Below are positions 4,929 to 14,059 of a stretch of 35,543 nucleotides of DNA, one piece after another; the first letter of the stretch is position 1; each line of letters opens with the position of its first letter. Under the pieces are notes generated by a model. It ran no database searches, had not been told where the DNA came from, and saw only the letters and a program-made list of their open reading frames with translations. The stretch spans positions 1-35,543 of the forward strand of contig JAAXXA010000002.1 of assembly GCA_013334735.1 (NCBI GenBank), in the 5' to 3' direction. The DNA comes from Bacteroidota bacterium (GTDB lineage: Bacteria > Bacteroidota > Bacteroidia > Bacteroidales > CG2-30-32-10). The translations under genes were made by a program, and so were the position numbers.

Positions 4929-5018
4929 GAACTATTGATAACACTACATTCTTATTTTTTTTGGTATCGTAACTCTATATAAGACAATTAGTCACGAACT
5001 ATTTGACAACACTATATT
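4929..5018 (+). repeat. Two copies of a ~22-nt box GAACTATTGAYAACACTAYATT
   Basis: Copies lie at 4929-4950 and 4996-5018. The second contains the -35 of the rightward promoter. Confidence 0.7.
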
Positions 5019-5032
5019 TTTTATGTTATAAT
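5003..5032 (+). promoter_or_regulatory. Rightward sigma70-type promoter (TTGACA-18-TATAAT)
   Basis: The -35 is at 5003-5008 and the -10 at 5027-5032. It sits upstream of a ~440-nt leader preceding terS. Confidence 0.6.
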
Positions 5033-5252
5033 TCTTCTATAAGAGCTACAATTAGCGACCGAGCTATGCGAGGCAACCGTTTACCCATACGACCAACAAC
5101 TAACAAAATATATACCACAAATATATATTAGGTTTCACAATTATCACATCATCACCCACAAATCAACATCCCAAAAGTATCAAAATTTAGCTATCCACAA
5201 CAAACAAATTCCTATAACATGTATTATGTTAAGTACAACACAGTTTGTATTA

Positions 5253-5273
5253 ACATTGTAGGTACATTGTAGG
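5253..5273 (+). repeat. Tandem ACATTGTAGG x2 (period 11) with a third partial TACAT
   Basis: Read directly at 5253-5262 and 5264-5273. Confidence 0.85.
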
Positions 5274-5330
5274 GGGTACATCAAAAATTGGGGGAGTGTT
5301 TCTAGGTAGGGTTTGTTTAGAGATTACCTC

Positions 5331-5352
5331 TTAATGACATATTAATGACATA
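5331..5352 (+). repeat. Perfect tandem duplication TTAATGACATA x2
   Basis: Read directly at 5331-5341 and 5342-5352, about 130 nt upstream of terS. Confidence 0.9.
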
Positions 5353-5375
5353 TAGGAATTATTTTAGGGGTAAGC

Positions 5376-5501
5376 ATGACAAATTTAGATATGGCATTAC
5401 TGATAGACAGGTATAGAAGAGAGATATGTAGATTATGTAATGTATTGAAGTTAGAAATAATATTTGAGAATGATGGGGTAATATGGAGAATAAGATATTA
5501 A
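5376..5501 (+). CDS. Possible 41-aa ORF overlapping the terS start
   Basis: AGGGGT lies upstream of the ATG at 5376. The translation is MTNLDMALLIDRYRREICRLCNVLKLEIIFENDGVIWRIRY. Support is weak. Confidence 0.25.
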   Translation: MTNLDMALLIDRYRREICRLCNVLKLEIIFENDGVIWRIRY

Positions 5502-6106
5502 AGAAAAAGTATATAGTAGATAATTTGTATAAGTATTTAACAGTTAAGCAGCAGAGATTATTTGATTTATATTATTTGTTTAACAGGGATACATTAAAGG
5601 CTGCAAGGATGTATATAAAAGAGACGGGTGGGAAAGAAGGAAGGAACGGAGAGATAGCGATAAAGTCACATTACAGGAATTATCCAATATTAAGATTAGC
5701 GATAGAAGTTAATGATTGTAATATAAGTGATTTATCTGAGGAAGAGCCAATAGAAAGTCCAACTCTTGAGTGGACATTAGTGGAGACGATGAAACTGTAT
5801 AAGCATACTGAGAAAGAGTTTTTTAAATATGAAGAGAAAGTGAGTGAATGGAAAGAAGAGTATGGTACTATTGAACAATTAATAGAGATGAGGGATAAAT
5901 ATAAGAAGGAGATGAAAGAGTTGCTAAAGCAGATTACTGACTTTCAGAATAAGTTTGGTGAGATGCTTAATGATGATAGTTTAAAAATTGGTATGTTAAG
6001 TGACTCTGATTTAATGACAGAACTAAAAAAGTATACGAATGAGGCACAGGAATATTTAGCTAAAGAAAAGTGGTATAATAGGAATAAAATAAAAGAAGTG
6101 GCTTAG
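5483..6106 (+). CDS. terS: Putative terminase small subunit
   Basis: It lies immediately upstream of terL. The N-terminal LTVKQQRLFDLYYLF...KAARMY resembles the HTH start of small terminases (LTxKQxxF...). Confidence 0.55.
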   Translation: MENKILKKKYIVDNLYKYLTVKQQRLFDLYYLFNRDTLKAARMYIKETGGKEGRNGEIAIKSHYRNYPILRLAIEVNDCNISDLSEEEPIESPTLEWTLVETMKLYKHTEKEFFKYEEKVSEWKEEYGTIEQLIEMRDKYKKEMKELLKQITDFQNKFGEMLNDDSLKIGMLSDSDLMTELKKYTNEAQEYLAKEKWYNRNKIKEVA

Positions 6107-7723
6107 ATGGAAGTAAACAATGATTTAATTAACAAAAGTAATCAATATAAATTTGTTTATTTAAAGAGACTGATTATAGAACTAAGGGCAAGACAGAAAG
6201 AATTTTACTATAGTTATGAACCGCCTTCTGAGAAACATTATTTACTTCATTCGTGCGGCAAGAAGATATTGATACTCAAAGGGGCACCACGTACAGCAAA
6301 AACGACATCTGTGCTTATGGATGCCGCTATGATTATGAAAGATGAGCATCCATTTATTACTAAGTATAAGAACATACCGGACTTAAAAAAAAGGTGTTGG
6401 GTGATTGCTACTAACTTTAAGAAAGTGCAAGAAGTATTACTGCCAATGTTTCTGAATGTTATTCCTAAAGTGAATATTAAAAATGTATGGAATGATCCTA
6501 GAAATAATAAATATGTCATTGAGTTAAATACTGGGTGGCATATTTTATTTAAGTCTCAGGAAGAAAAGATCGGCACTATTACCTCAGCTGACGCTTCAAT
6601 AATCATTATGGATGAACGTGTTGATAGTGAAGACTGGAGAGAGCAAATACGAAGCCGTGTTATTTCTACGGATGGTATGCTTTACTTCACTATGGATAGT
6701 AACGAAGAAGATGAATGGGTACACGGGCTTAAGCAGTTGTCTTACTCTCAATTGTTTCACTTTGAGTTAAAAGATAATGCTAAGAATCTTCCTAAGGAAG
6801 AACTGGATAGGCTTGAAAATGAATTGGATGATATAGCTAAAGAAAAGTTGCTTTATGGTAACTACGCTAATAGAGATATCGTTTATATTTTTAAACCTGA
6901 TATCTGGAACGAATCAAACTATGTTGAGATTCAACCTAAAAGATTTAGCATAGCTTACGGAGAGTTAACGCCTGATGAAGAAGGCTATATCAGAATGTTT
7001 AAAGATGTTCAGTCAAATGTAAAGTATGTAGTGGGATTTGACCCTTGCGGTGGGGGTGGAAGAAATAGCCATGGGTTGCATGTGTTCGATGAGTTTGGAG
7101 AACAATGTCTCATGATGATCGATAGTAAAATATCTTATGTCAACGCTCCAGAATTATTTATTATGCCTATTTTGAACTATTACAATAAAGCTTTATTTGT
7201 TAGTGAAAACAGAGAGCATGGAAGATATGTGGTAAATAAAATGAATGATCTTGGATATTATAATTTATATTCGGATCAGATGTGGAAGCCAATGGAAAGC
7301 TCAAAGGGCGTACTAAAAACTCAGATTGAGTTTGGAATTATTACTACAGAAAAAAGTAAAAAGGATATGAAGAATAAGACACTGGATGATATTGTAAATG
7401 GGAAAATATTACTCCACGATAGACTGACTAAAATGCAGTTAGAACATTTTGTGGAAGATTATAAAGACAGGGATAGCCAGAAGCTTGAACCTAAAATGCA
7501 CGGTATTAAAATTATGGGAGAACCGGATTTAAAAAACAGTGATGATGATTTGGTTATGTCTTTATTTTTTACTGATAGGGCCTTAAATCATCTTGGTTAT
7601 TTAAACAATGTGATAAGACAAAACAGGTCTAAAAAACCAATGATGAAAACTATAGATGACTTATTGAACATAAAAGTAATACGTCAGGGTGGCGGTGGGT
7701 TTTATCAAAGTTTAGGATATTAG
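6107..7723 (+). CDS. terL: Terminase large subunit
   Basis: It has a Walker A-like LKGAPRTAKT, a Walker B IIIMDE, and a C-terminal nuclease-like region (VVGFDPCGGGG). Size and position are typical. Confidence 0.9.
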   Translation: MEVNNDLINKSNQYKFVYLKRLIIELRARQKEFYYSYEPPSEKHYLLHSCGKKILILKGAPRTAKTTSVLMDAAMIMKDEHPFITKYKNIPDLKKRCWVIATNFKKVQEVLLPMFLNVIPKVNIKNVWNDPRNNKYVIELNTGWHILFKSQEEKIGTITSADASIIIMDERVDSEDWREQIRSRVISTDGMLYFTMDSNEEDEWVHGLKQLSYSQLFHFELKDNAKNLPKEELDRLENELDDIAKEKLLYGNYANRDIVYIFKPDIWNESNYVEIQPKRFSIAYGELTPDEEGYIRMFKDVQSNVKYVVGFDPCGGGGRNSHGLHVFDEFGEQCLMMIDSKISYVNAPELFIMPILNYYNKALFVSENREHGRYVVNKMNDLGYYNLYSDQMWKPMESSKGVLKTQIEFGIITTEKSKKDMKNKTLDDIVNGKILLHDRLTKMQLEHFVEDYKDRDSQKLEPKMHGIKIMGEPDLKNSDDDLVMSLFFTDRALNHLGYLNNVIRQNRSKKPMMKTIDDLLNIKVIRQGGGGFYQSLGY

Positions 7724-7731
7724 GAGTTTTT

Positions 7732-7986
7732 ATGGGTGATAAAGAAATGCTTAAAGAAATTAAAGAAATTATTGATATGCCTGAATGGAAAGAACTAGCT
7801 TCCGAACCTAAAGCTAAAATTATAAAGAAAAAGTTAAACGATACATATACAGTAATGTGTAAAGAAGATGAAAAAAAAATGGATGAAGAGGATGAAGTTG
7901 AAGATTTATATGATAGTAAACCAAAGATGAAAGATAAAAATATGGCTGCTTATATTATAGCAAGACTTAAAACAAAGAAGGAATAA
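7732..7986 (+). CDS. Small charged hypothetical protein (84 aa)
   Basis: TAGGAG RBS. The protein is Lys/Glu/Asp-rich. Confidence 0.8.
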   Translation: MGDKEMLKEIKEIIDMPEWKELASEPKAKIIKKKLNDTYTVMCKEDEKKMDEEDEVEDLYDSKPKMKDKNMAAYIIARLKTKKE

Positions 7987-8044
7987 AGTTATTTATTAAA
8001 TACTGAGATCAAGGGTACGTCCTGAGATCAAGGAGTTTTATATA

Positions 8045-10048
8045 ATGGATTTATCCAAAGTAGTTATCACTAAACGTGATATTACTAATATCAAAAATCT
8101 TGAGTATATTGAAAATCTTAATTTTAAGACACTAGATCAATTTAGAGCTGAGGCTGAAAAACATTATACTGATATTTCTAAAGACTTTCAGTATATTAAA
8201 GAGTTTGTTATCGAAAATAAACAGTGGAATTTTTTCGATGATAAAGTTAAAACTAAAATGTATAACTACGCTGGGCAAGAACTCTATGATTTTTATAAGA
8301 CTTATAATAAAGAACAAGATTTAAAAAAGCCAAAACGTTCTATCAATATTACTAAGACATATCTTGAAACCCTTGTTGCTTCTTTTGCCGAAATAGACCC
8401 TCTGCCTATGGCAATAAGTAAATATGACTATAATATTAAAGATGAAACAAATGATAAGATCAATATATTACTAAATAGCATTTTTAATGAAGAAAATAAT
8501 TTTGATGAGCTTTATGAAGAAGCTTTGTTTAAATCATTTTGTTATCAATATTGTTTTATTCAGCCCGTTATTGATATTGACAAATCAGAAACACGCACTC
8601 CTATCAAACTAAGAATTATTGACCCTGAAGATGTGCGAATCGACCCAATGGCTAAAGATTTGAATGAATGCGACTATCTTTATCAGAAAGTAAAAATGAG
8701 ATATTGGCAAATTAAAGAATTGTGGAACTATGAAGAAGAAATAAAAAAAGATGATGAACCTAAAGATAACGAGATGTGTGATTTAATACACTGGTGGTTT
8801 AGAGGGAAAAACCCTGACGGTAAAACACAGTGGTATTTATTTACTGAGTATGATAAAAAATGGTTAAAGCCTATCGATAAAAAAGGAAAGTTTTATCCTG
8901 AAATGATTGTGTTTGATCATCTTCCTCTCGTTAAATTCTGTCCTGAAAAATATAAAGACGAAACGTCCAGCGATTCTCTGGCTCTTGAAATTATTCCTAT
9001 CAACATTCAGTATAACATTAATCTTAGTGAAGAAGACTATAACATGCTGAGATGGTATAACAGGCCGAAAAAAGTGATTGGTTCTATCCCAGTTGATATG
9101 GCTAATAATGCTAATATTCCTAATGGAGTTATGTCAATAGGGCCAGGTTCTGATGTTGTTCCCTATCAAGTCGATATTCTTCCAACCGCTGAACTTGAAC
9201 AAAGAAAACAATTCCTAAACCAAGAAGTAAAACAAGCTACCGGTATAGACTTTGAACTTCTGGCAGGAGGAAAACCTAAAGGTACGTATTCAAATAATCT
9301 ATTACAAACAATGCAGAGTAAAGCAGATAATAAAACTGATATGATGCAAAAGCATATTTTTTCCGCCATAGAAGAACTGGCATATAAAGCATTGTATCTA
9401 CAATATAGATACATGGATGGAAAAAGCATAGTTATTTTTGATGGCAAAATACAAGATAGCATTGTTATTCATCCGGATGATATTTTAAATATTAAATATA
9501 AAATTGAGATTGATACTAAAGATACCAATCTTATGACACGTGAAACTAAGTTTCAAACTCTCACTCAATTTATGCAGTACAGTCAGGGTAATCCTCTCAT
9601 ACTTTATCCAATGGCTCAAGTATTACAAAATGGCATGCCTCACTTTTTCCCTGATAAAGTGATGGACGCTTTTGGGATTATGTTTGGAAAAGCTATAGAT
9701 CAATTAAGTGCTACTCAACTTCCTCCTAATGGGATTGCATCTTCACAACCAGCTCCTTTTAACCAGACTTTGGCTGCTGGAATGTCTAACCAGCTTCCAG
9801 TAGCTGGAGCTGGTAGTGAAATGCCAGAAGAAGATAATACGGACGGAGTTTCAAATGAACAGCTTTTGAATGAATGGAAAAACGCTGAAGATCAATTGAA
9901 AGAAGCTGGATATAGCGAAGATCAGATAAATGAGTTTTATGACGCTCTTGTAGCGGAGAAAATAGCGGATGGTACTCCAAGAGGAGAAATTATTATGAAT
10001 TTAGAAGAAGCAGTAAATAAGTCTGTAAATAATATGAAGAAAAAATAA
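8045..10048 (+). CDS. Putative portal protein (667 aa)
   Basis: Size and position fit: after terL and before the scaffold and capsid genes. AAGGAG RBS. No motif-level confirmation is possible by eye. Confidence 0.65.
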   Translation: MDLSKVVITKRDITNIKNLEYIENLNFKTLDQFRAEAEKHYTDISKDFQYIKEFVIENKQWNFFDDKVKTKMYNYAGQELYDFYKTYNKEQDLKKPKRSINITKTYLETLVASFAEIDPLPMAISKYDYNIKDETNDKINILLNSIFNEENNFDELYEEALFKSFCYQYCFIQPVIDIDKSETRTPIKLRIIDPEDVRIDPMAKDLNECDYLYQKVKMRYWQIKELWNYEEEIKKDDEPKDNEMCDLIHWWFRGKNPDGKTQWYLFTEYDKKWLKPIDKKGKFYPEMIVFDHLPLVKFCPEKYKDETSSDSLALEIIPINIQYNINLSEEDYNMLRWYNRPKKVIGSIPVDMANNANIPNGVMSIGPGSDVVPYQVDILPTAELEQRKQFLNQEVKQATGIDFELLAGGKPKGTYSNNLLQTMQSKADNKTDMMQKHIFSAIEELAYKALYLQYRYMDGKSIVIFDGKIQDSIVIHPDDILNIKYKIEIDTKDTNLMTRETKFQTLTQFMQYSQGNPLILYPMAQVLQNGMPHFFPDKVMDAFGIMFGKAIDQLSATQLPPNGIASSQPAPFNQTLAAGMSNQLPVAGAGSEMPEEDNTDGVSNEQLLNEWKNAEDQLKEAGYSEDQINEFYDALVAEKIADGTPRGEIIMNLEEAVNKSVNNMKKK

Positions 10049-10060
10049 AAGGAGATAAAC

Positions 10061-10729
10061 ATGGATGAATTAAGGAATGACATTTTGGATTATGCTGGAA
10101 TAGATGATACTACAAGCGAAACGCTGGAGCAATCTCAGTACACTAAAGCGGATGAGAATAGAGAAAGAGAAAGGGCCGCTCAGGCTCTTATGCAGGAAAG
10201 ATATAAAGTTAGTTCTAATAATGATTCTATAACAAAAGAAATGCAGGATATGAAAAATCTTGTTATGAAAATAGCTAAAGAAAAAGAAGATTTAAAAAAT
10301 GAGATCAGTCAGTTGAAAGGACATGTTACTACTGTTAGTGAAGAAAATAATCAAAGAGCACTGAAAGAAATTATGGATATCATTGAGAAAGAAAAGAGCG
10401 GTATTAAAGCGGATGAGGTTTTATCTCAGTATTATAACGAACAAGATATAATTCAAAATTTACAAAAAAATTCAGCTATTGGAAAAGTGCTTACTCCTAA
10501 GGAGCAACTCGCTATTTTAAATTTTGAAAATGTTGCTAAGGAAAACGCAGAGCTAAAACAAAAGCTTGAAAACAGAGGCTTAATGTTACATAGGCCTATT
10601 GGTAAAATAAGTTCATCCAGCGTAATCCCTAATGATGACGATGTCGATGTACGCAGTCTTTCATATGAGGATTATAAGGCTTTACAGAAAAAGAGACAGA
10701 TGAAAGCAATGGAAAGCATGCTTGGATGA
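10061..10729 (+). CDS. Putative scaffolding protein
   Basis: It lies between the portal and capsid genes. The protein is charged with coiled-coil-like composition. Confidence 0.55.
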   Translation: MDELRNDILDYAGIDDTTSETLEQSQYTKADENRERERAAQALMQERYKVSSNNDSITKEMQDMKNLVMKIAKEKEDLKNEISQLKGHVTTVSEENNQRALKEIMDIIEKEKSGIKADEVLSQYYNEQDIIQNLQKNSAIGKVLTPKEQLAILNFENVAKENAELKQKLENRGLMLHRPIGKISSSSVIPNDDDVDVRSLSYEDYKALQKKRQMKAMESMLG

Positions 10730-10752
10730 CAATCTAAAATAAGGAGAAAAAT

Positions 10753-11967
10753 ATGGGACAAGATTATAGTACGTATAAATCCGTGTTTGATGTTCTGACG
10801 TCTCCCACGGTATACTCGATAGAGAAAGAACTAGCTAGGCATTCTCCAGTGTTATCAAGCCTTTATAAGTCTGTAGATTCATCGAAAGGAAAGCCTGTTA
10901 CTGGCCTTGAAACATTTACCGGAAGAGATATTAAAATTGCTATCAATTCTCTCTATCCTGTTTATTACTCCAATTTAGCTCAGTTTAATATTCAGCATGG
11001 AGATGTAAAAGTTCCCGCTAAAGGGAAAAATGTTCAGTATGCTACAATCAACGCAGTAGACAAAGGTTTTACTGTTGGTGCTTATACTAGTGATATTCAG
11101 TTGTTAAAGAGTCAGGGCGCAGATCAGAATAAAAATAAATATGTAAATTATATCAACGATCTGCTTGAAAATACTTTGAAAGGTTTTTCTATCTCTCTTT
11201 GTAACTCTATCTATAATGGGCTTGGAGATTCCGCTACTGACGACAAGGGAAATATTAAACCTGACTTTTATGGTCTGCTTGGTACTAACGGTATTATTGG
11301 TACTGGTACTTATGGCGGGAAATCTTCTGCTGATTTTAGCGAATGGAAAGCAAGAAACTGGGATTTAGCTGGAGCGACTTCCGCTTTAAGGCTTGGTTAT
11401 ACAGCAACAGATGTTGATACTATTGCCGAACTCGTGGCTGTTCCTTCTGGGAGAAAAACTTCCAGATTCTACGATATTATCAATAGGGCAAGATTGCAGT
11501 TAGAGGAAATATCTGGAGAAGAAGTTTTATGTATTATGCCTCCTTCTATTTATGACTTTATCTGGATTCCTTGTTTGGAAGCTAATACTATTTCAGCTCC
11601 TTCCAGATTTGCCAAGAGTTCTAGCGACGCCTTGGAAGTTGGCGATACTATTTCTATGATGGGGCCTAACTTCAAGATCGTAAGAGAAAATACGCGTGTG
11701 CCTTCCAGTGAAATCGGTGGTACTCCTCAGTATATTCTTGGCAGTGATACTATTCTGTTTATTAATTCTAAATATCTTCATCTTCAGGTTGAGTCTAACA
11801 ACAACTTTATTATGGGTGAATGGGATTATGTTCAGAGCCAGTATGGCACTTTACAGAAATCTATGGAAACTACTCTACTGTTTTTTGCTACCAAACGTTA
11901 TAACATGGGTACACTAAAAATGGCTTCCGCTGTCAAGACTGAACTTGACGCTATGTATATGTATTAA
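10753..11967 (+). CDS. Putative major capsid protein (404 aa)
   Basis: Position and size fit. It has a strong RBS and lies in the unit closed by the strong terminator at 13011-13040. Confidence 0.65.
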   Translation: MGQDYSTYKSVFDVLTSPTVYSIEKELARHSPVLSSLYKSVDSSKGKPVTGLETFTGRDIKIAINSLYPVYYSNLAQFNIQHGDVKVPAKGKNVQYATINAVDKGFTVGAYTSDIQLLKSQGADQNKNKYVNYINDLLENTLKGFSISLCNSIYNGLGDSATDDKGNIKPDFYGLLGTNGIIGTGTYGGKSSADFSEWKARNWDLAGATSALRLGYTATDVDTIAELVAVPSGRKTSRFYDIINRARLQLEEISGEEVLCIMPPSIYDFIWIPCLEANTISAPSRFAKSSSDALEVGDTISMMGPNFKIVRENTRVPSSEIGGTPQYILGSDTILFINSKYLHLQVESNNNFIMGEWDYVQSQYGTLQKSMETTLLFFATKRYNMGTLKMASAVKTELDAMYMY

Positions 11968-11985
11968 TAAGGGAGGTAAAAATTT

Positions 11986-13005
11986 ATGAGTCAAAGATTT
12001 GATATTCCTCAGTTGAGGAAAGTATACGCTAATATACCGGACTCCCAAAACCAGTCGTCTTGGCTTCAGGATGAATTTTCTATTGAAGGCAAAACTTATG
12101 TATTCTGTAAATTTGCCGCAGGCCAATATATTCGTCAGGGAGATTCTCTTTATGTCAATGCTAATGGTGAAGCTGTTATTGGTAAAAATGCGACGTTCAT
12201 TGGTAATGCTGTCGCTGAATGGGACATTGACGCTACATTAGCCGCTCAGTATAGCTTAGTTATTAGAGCTGGAAGTAGTGTTTATGTATCTGTTGCTCCT
12301 GATTCTGTTACCTGTGTTAGCGCAGCTTATGAAGGTGCTTTTGCCGTAAACTATATGAATGCTTCTGTGCGTGTCGCTAATGCTTCTTTTACTTTGCCAG
12401 TTACGTATGCTTCAACAAACACAGCTACATCTAACATTATTTTGACAAGAGCTACAGACGCAAATGCCTCTATATTGGTTAATGCTGGCGATGTTGTAAA
12501 CACAAACGTTGGCATTTTTGGAGTCATAGCACAAGTAATTAATAGTTCTTCTATTGCTTTAGGAACTGCCGCTCAGGGTACAGCAAACGGGGCTTCTGTT
12601 CTTTGTATTGTTACATCTCCTTTGTCTACTATCCAAAAAAGTGGTATGGTAGTAACTTGCGCTAACGCTATTTGGAGAATGACTGTTGGTGGTACTACTG
12701 GATATCCATACAATACTCCTGCTCCTGGTAATGTGAATTCTGCTCTTAGCTGGAACCAGGTTAACGTTTGTACTGCTGGAACTATAATGTTTGTTAACTC
12801 TTGTGTTGCTGGACAAATGGTTAGAACAGGCGATATTCTTACTCTTGCTGGTGATACTGGTTATTCTAGCAGATCAGTCGCAAGTATTCAGAATGCTTAC
12901 GCATTTACTGTTAACGCCGCAGCTACCGCAGAAACCAGTTATGCTCTTGGATATGGAGTAAATGTAAATTCCAAGTTTATTTTAGCTCAAATTAATCCTA
13001 TGTAA
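11986..13005 (+). CDS. Ala/Ser/Thr/Val/Asn/Gly-rich virion-associated protein (339 aa); decoration or fibre candidate
   Basis: GGGAGG RBS. Composition is strikingly unlike the Lys/Glu/Ile-rich neighbours, with almost no Lys or Glu after about residue 70. A strong terminator follows directly. Confidence 0.8.
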   Translation: MSQRFDIPQLRKVYANIPDSQNQSSWLQDEFSIEGKTYVFCKFAAGQYIRQGDSLYVNANGEAVIGKNATFIGNAVAEWDIDATLAAQYSLVIRAGSSVYVSVAPDSVTCVSAAYEGAFAVNYMNASVRVANASFTLPVTYASTNTATSNIILTRATDANASILVNAGDVVNTNVGIFGVIAQVINSSSIALGTAAQGTANGASVLCIVTSPLSTIQKSGMVVTCANAIWRMTVGGTTGYPYNTPAPGNVNSALSWNQVNVCTAGTIMFVNSCVAGQMVRTGDILTLAGDTGYSSRSVASIQNAYAFTVNAAATAETSYALGYGVNVNSKFILAQINPM

Positions 13006-13010
13006 GTATT

Positions 13011-13040
13011 GAGAGAGGGCACGCCCTCTCTCTTGTTTTT
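13011..13040 (+). terminator. Rho-independent terminator
   Basis: GAGAGAGGGC-ac-GCCCTCTCTC (10-bp stem) is followed by TTGTTTTT. Confidence 0.85.
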
Positions 13041-13063
13041 ATAATTTATAAAAGGAGCTGTAA

Positions 13064-13906
13064 ATGGAAAAAACAAATGTTAGTCCGGTAGTTAATATAG
13101 TACCGGAACAACCTAAAAAACTGATGATAGGTATGCCGTGTTATAACTGTAGTATGCATATTGACGCTACAAAAACATTGATTGAAACGATGGGAGCTGG
13201 TGTAAGTTATAACTGGGTTAGTATTGGCAATGAAAGCTTGATAAGCAGGGCGAGGAATAATATTTTATCGCTGTTTTATCATCAGAAAGATTTTACTCAT
13301 TTGTTGTTCTTAGACGCTGATATTTATATGAATGGACAAGATGTAAAAAAATTATTGGAATCCGGAAAAGATGTTATTGGTGCGGCTGTAAGACTGAAGG
13401 CAAAAAACACTATTTATAATTTTACTTTTGATCAGCCTATCCCAAACTGCGAACCGCCTAAAGAAGACGGAGAAAGATATTATAAAGTGACAAAGTTGGG
13501 AACTGCCGCTTTAATGCTAAGTAGAAAGGCAGTAGAAGCTGTTATTGATAACGCTAAGAAGAAACATGAAAATATTATTAAGCTTTGTTTAAAATTGAAA
13601 GATGTAATGGGAAAAGACTGGCCTAAAGAATATGAAGACATTTTAAATAAAAAAGATGTGCTTAGTCTTTTGAATATCATTGATGGCATTGGGTATATAT
13701 ACGGAAGATCAAGCATATTGATGGGAGGAGACCTAGCTGATAATATGCCTAAAGAATATTATGATATCTGCAAAGTTGGTGTTAAAAATGAGCTTTATTT
13801 AAGTGAGGACTATTACCTTTGCAGCGATCTGAAAGAACTTGGTTTTGATATTTATGTAGATAGAACTATTAGAACAAGACATAACGGTACGGTGGAATTT
13901 GAATAG
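13064..13906 (+). CDS. Putative GT-A fold glycosyltransferase
   Basis: The pattern IGMPCYN...SLISRARNNILSLF...THLLFLDADIYM matches the GT2-like layout with a DxD (DAD) motif. Confidence 0.55.
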   Translation: MEKTNVSPVVNIVPEQPKKLMIGMPCYNCSMHIDATKTLIETMGAGVSYNWVSIGNESLISRARNNILSLFYHQKDFTHLLFLDADIYMNGQDVKKLLESGKDVIGAAVRLKAKNTIYNFTFDQPIPNCEPPKEDGERYYKVTKLGTAALMLSRKAVEAVIDNAKKKHENIIKLCLKLKDVMGKDWPKEYEDILNKKDVLSLLNIIDGIGYIYGRSSILMGGDLADNMPKEYYDICKVGVKNELYLSEDYYLCSDLKELGFDIYVDRTIRTRHNGTVEFE

Positions 13907-14059
13907 ATGAAATACATAGATAAGATAATAGTAATAAAAAATAAAGTTGTTAATTTTATTACTAAGTATACTGAATTAAAAGAATTGCATTTAATAAGAA
14001 TTGATAGATATATTGAAGAAAACAAGATGATAGATAAATATATTTATAGAGAGGTATGA
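13907..14059 (+). CDS. Possible 50-aa ORF between the two glycosyltransferase genes
   Basis: The ATG comes directly after the upstream stop, and there is an ATGA overlap with the next start. No motif. Confidence 0.35.
   Translation: MKYIDKIIVIKNKVVNFITKYTELKELHLIRIDRYIEENKMIDKYIYREV

Noticed and set aside
4935-4970. A second rightward promoter at the first 22-nt box (TTGATA at 4935-4940)
   Set aside because: No acceptable -10 hexamer lies 16-19 nt downstream; the nearest TATCGT is 24 nt away. It is treated as a repeat or possible binding site only.
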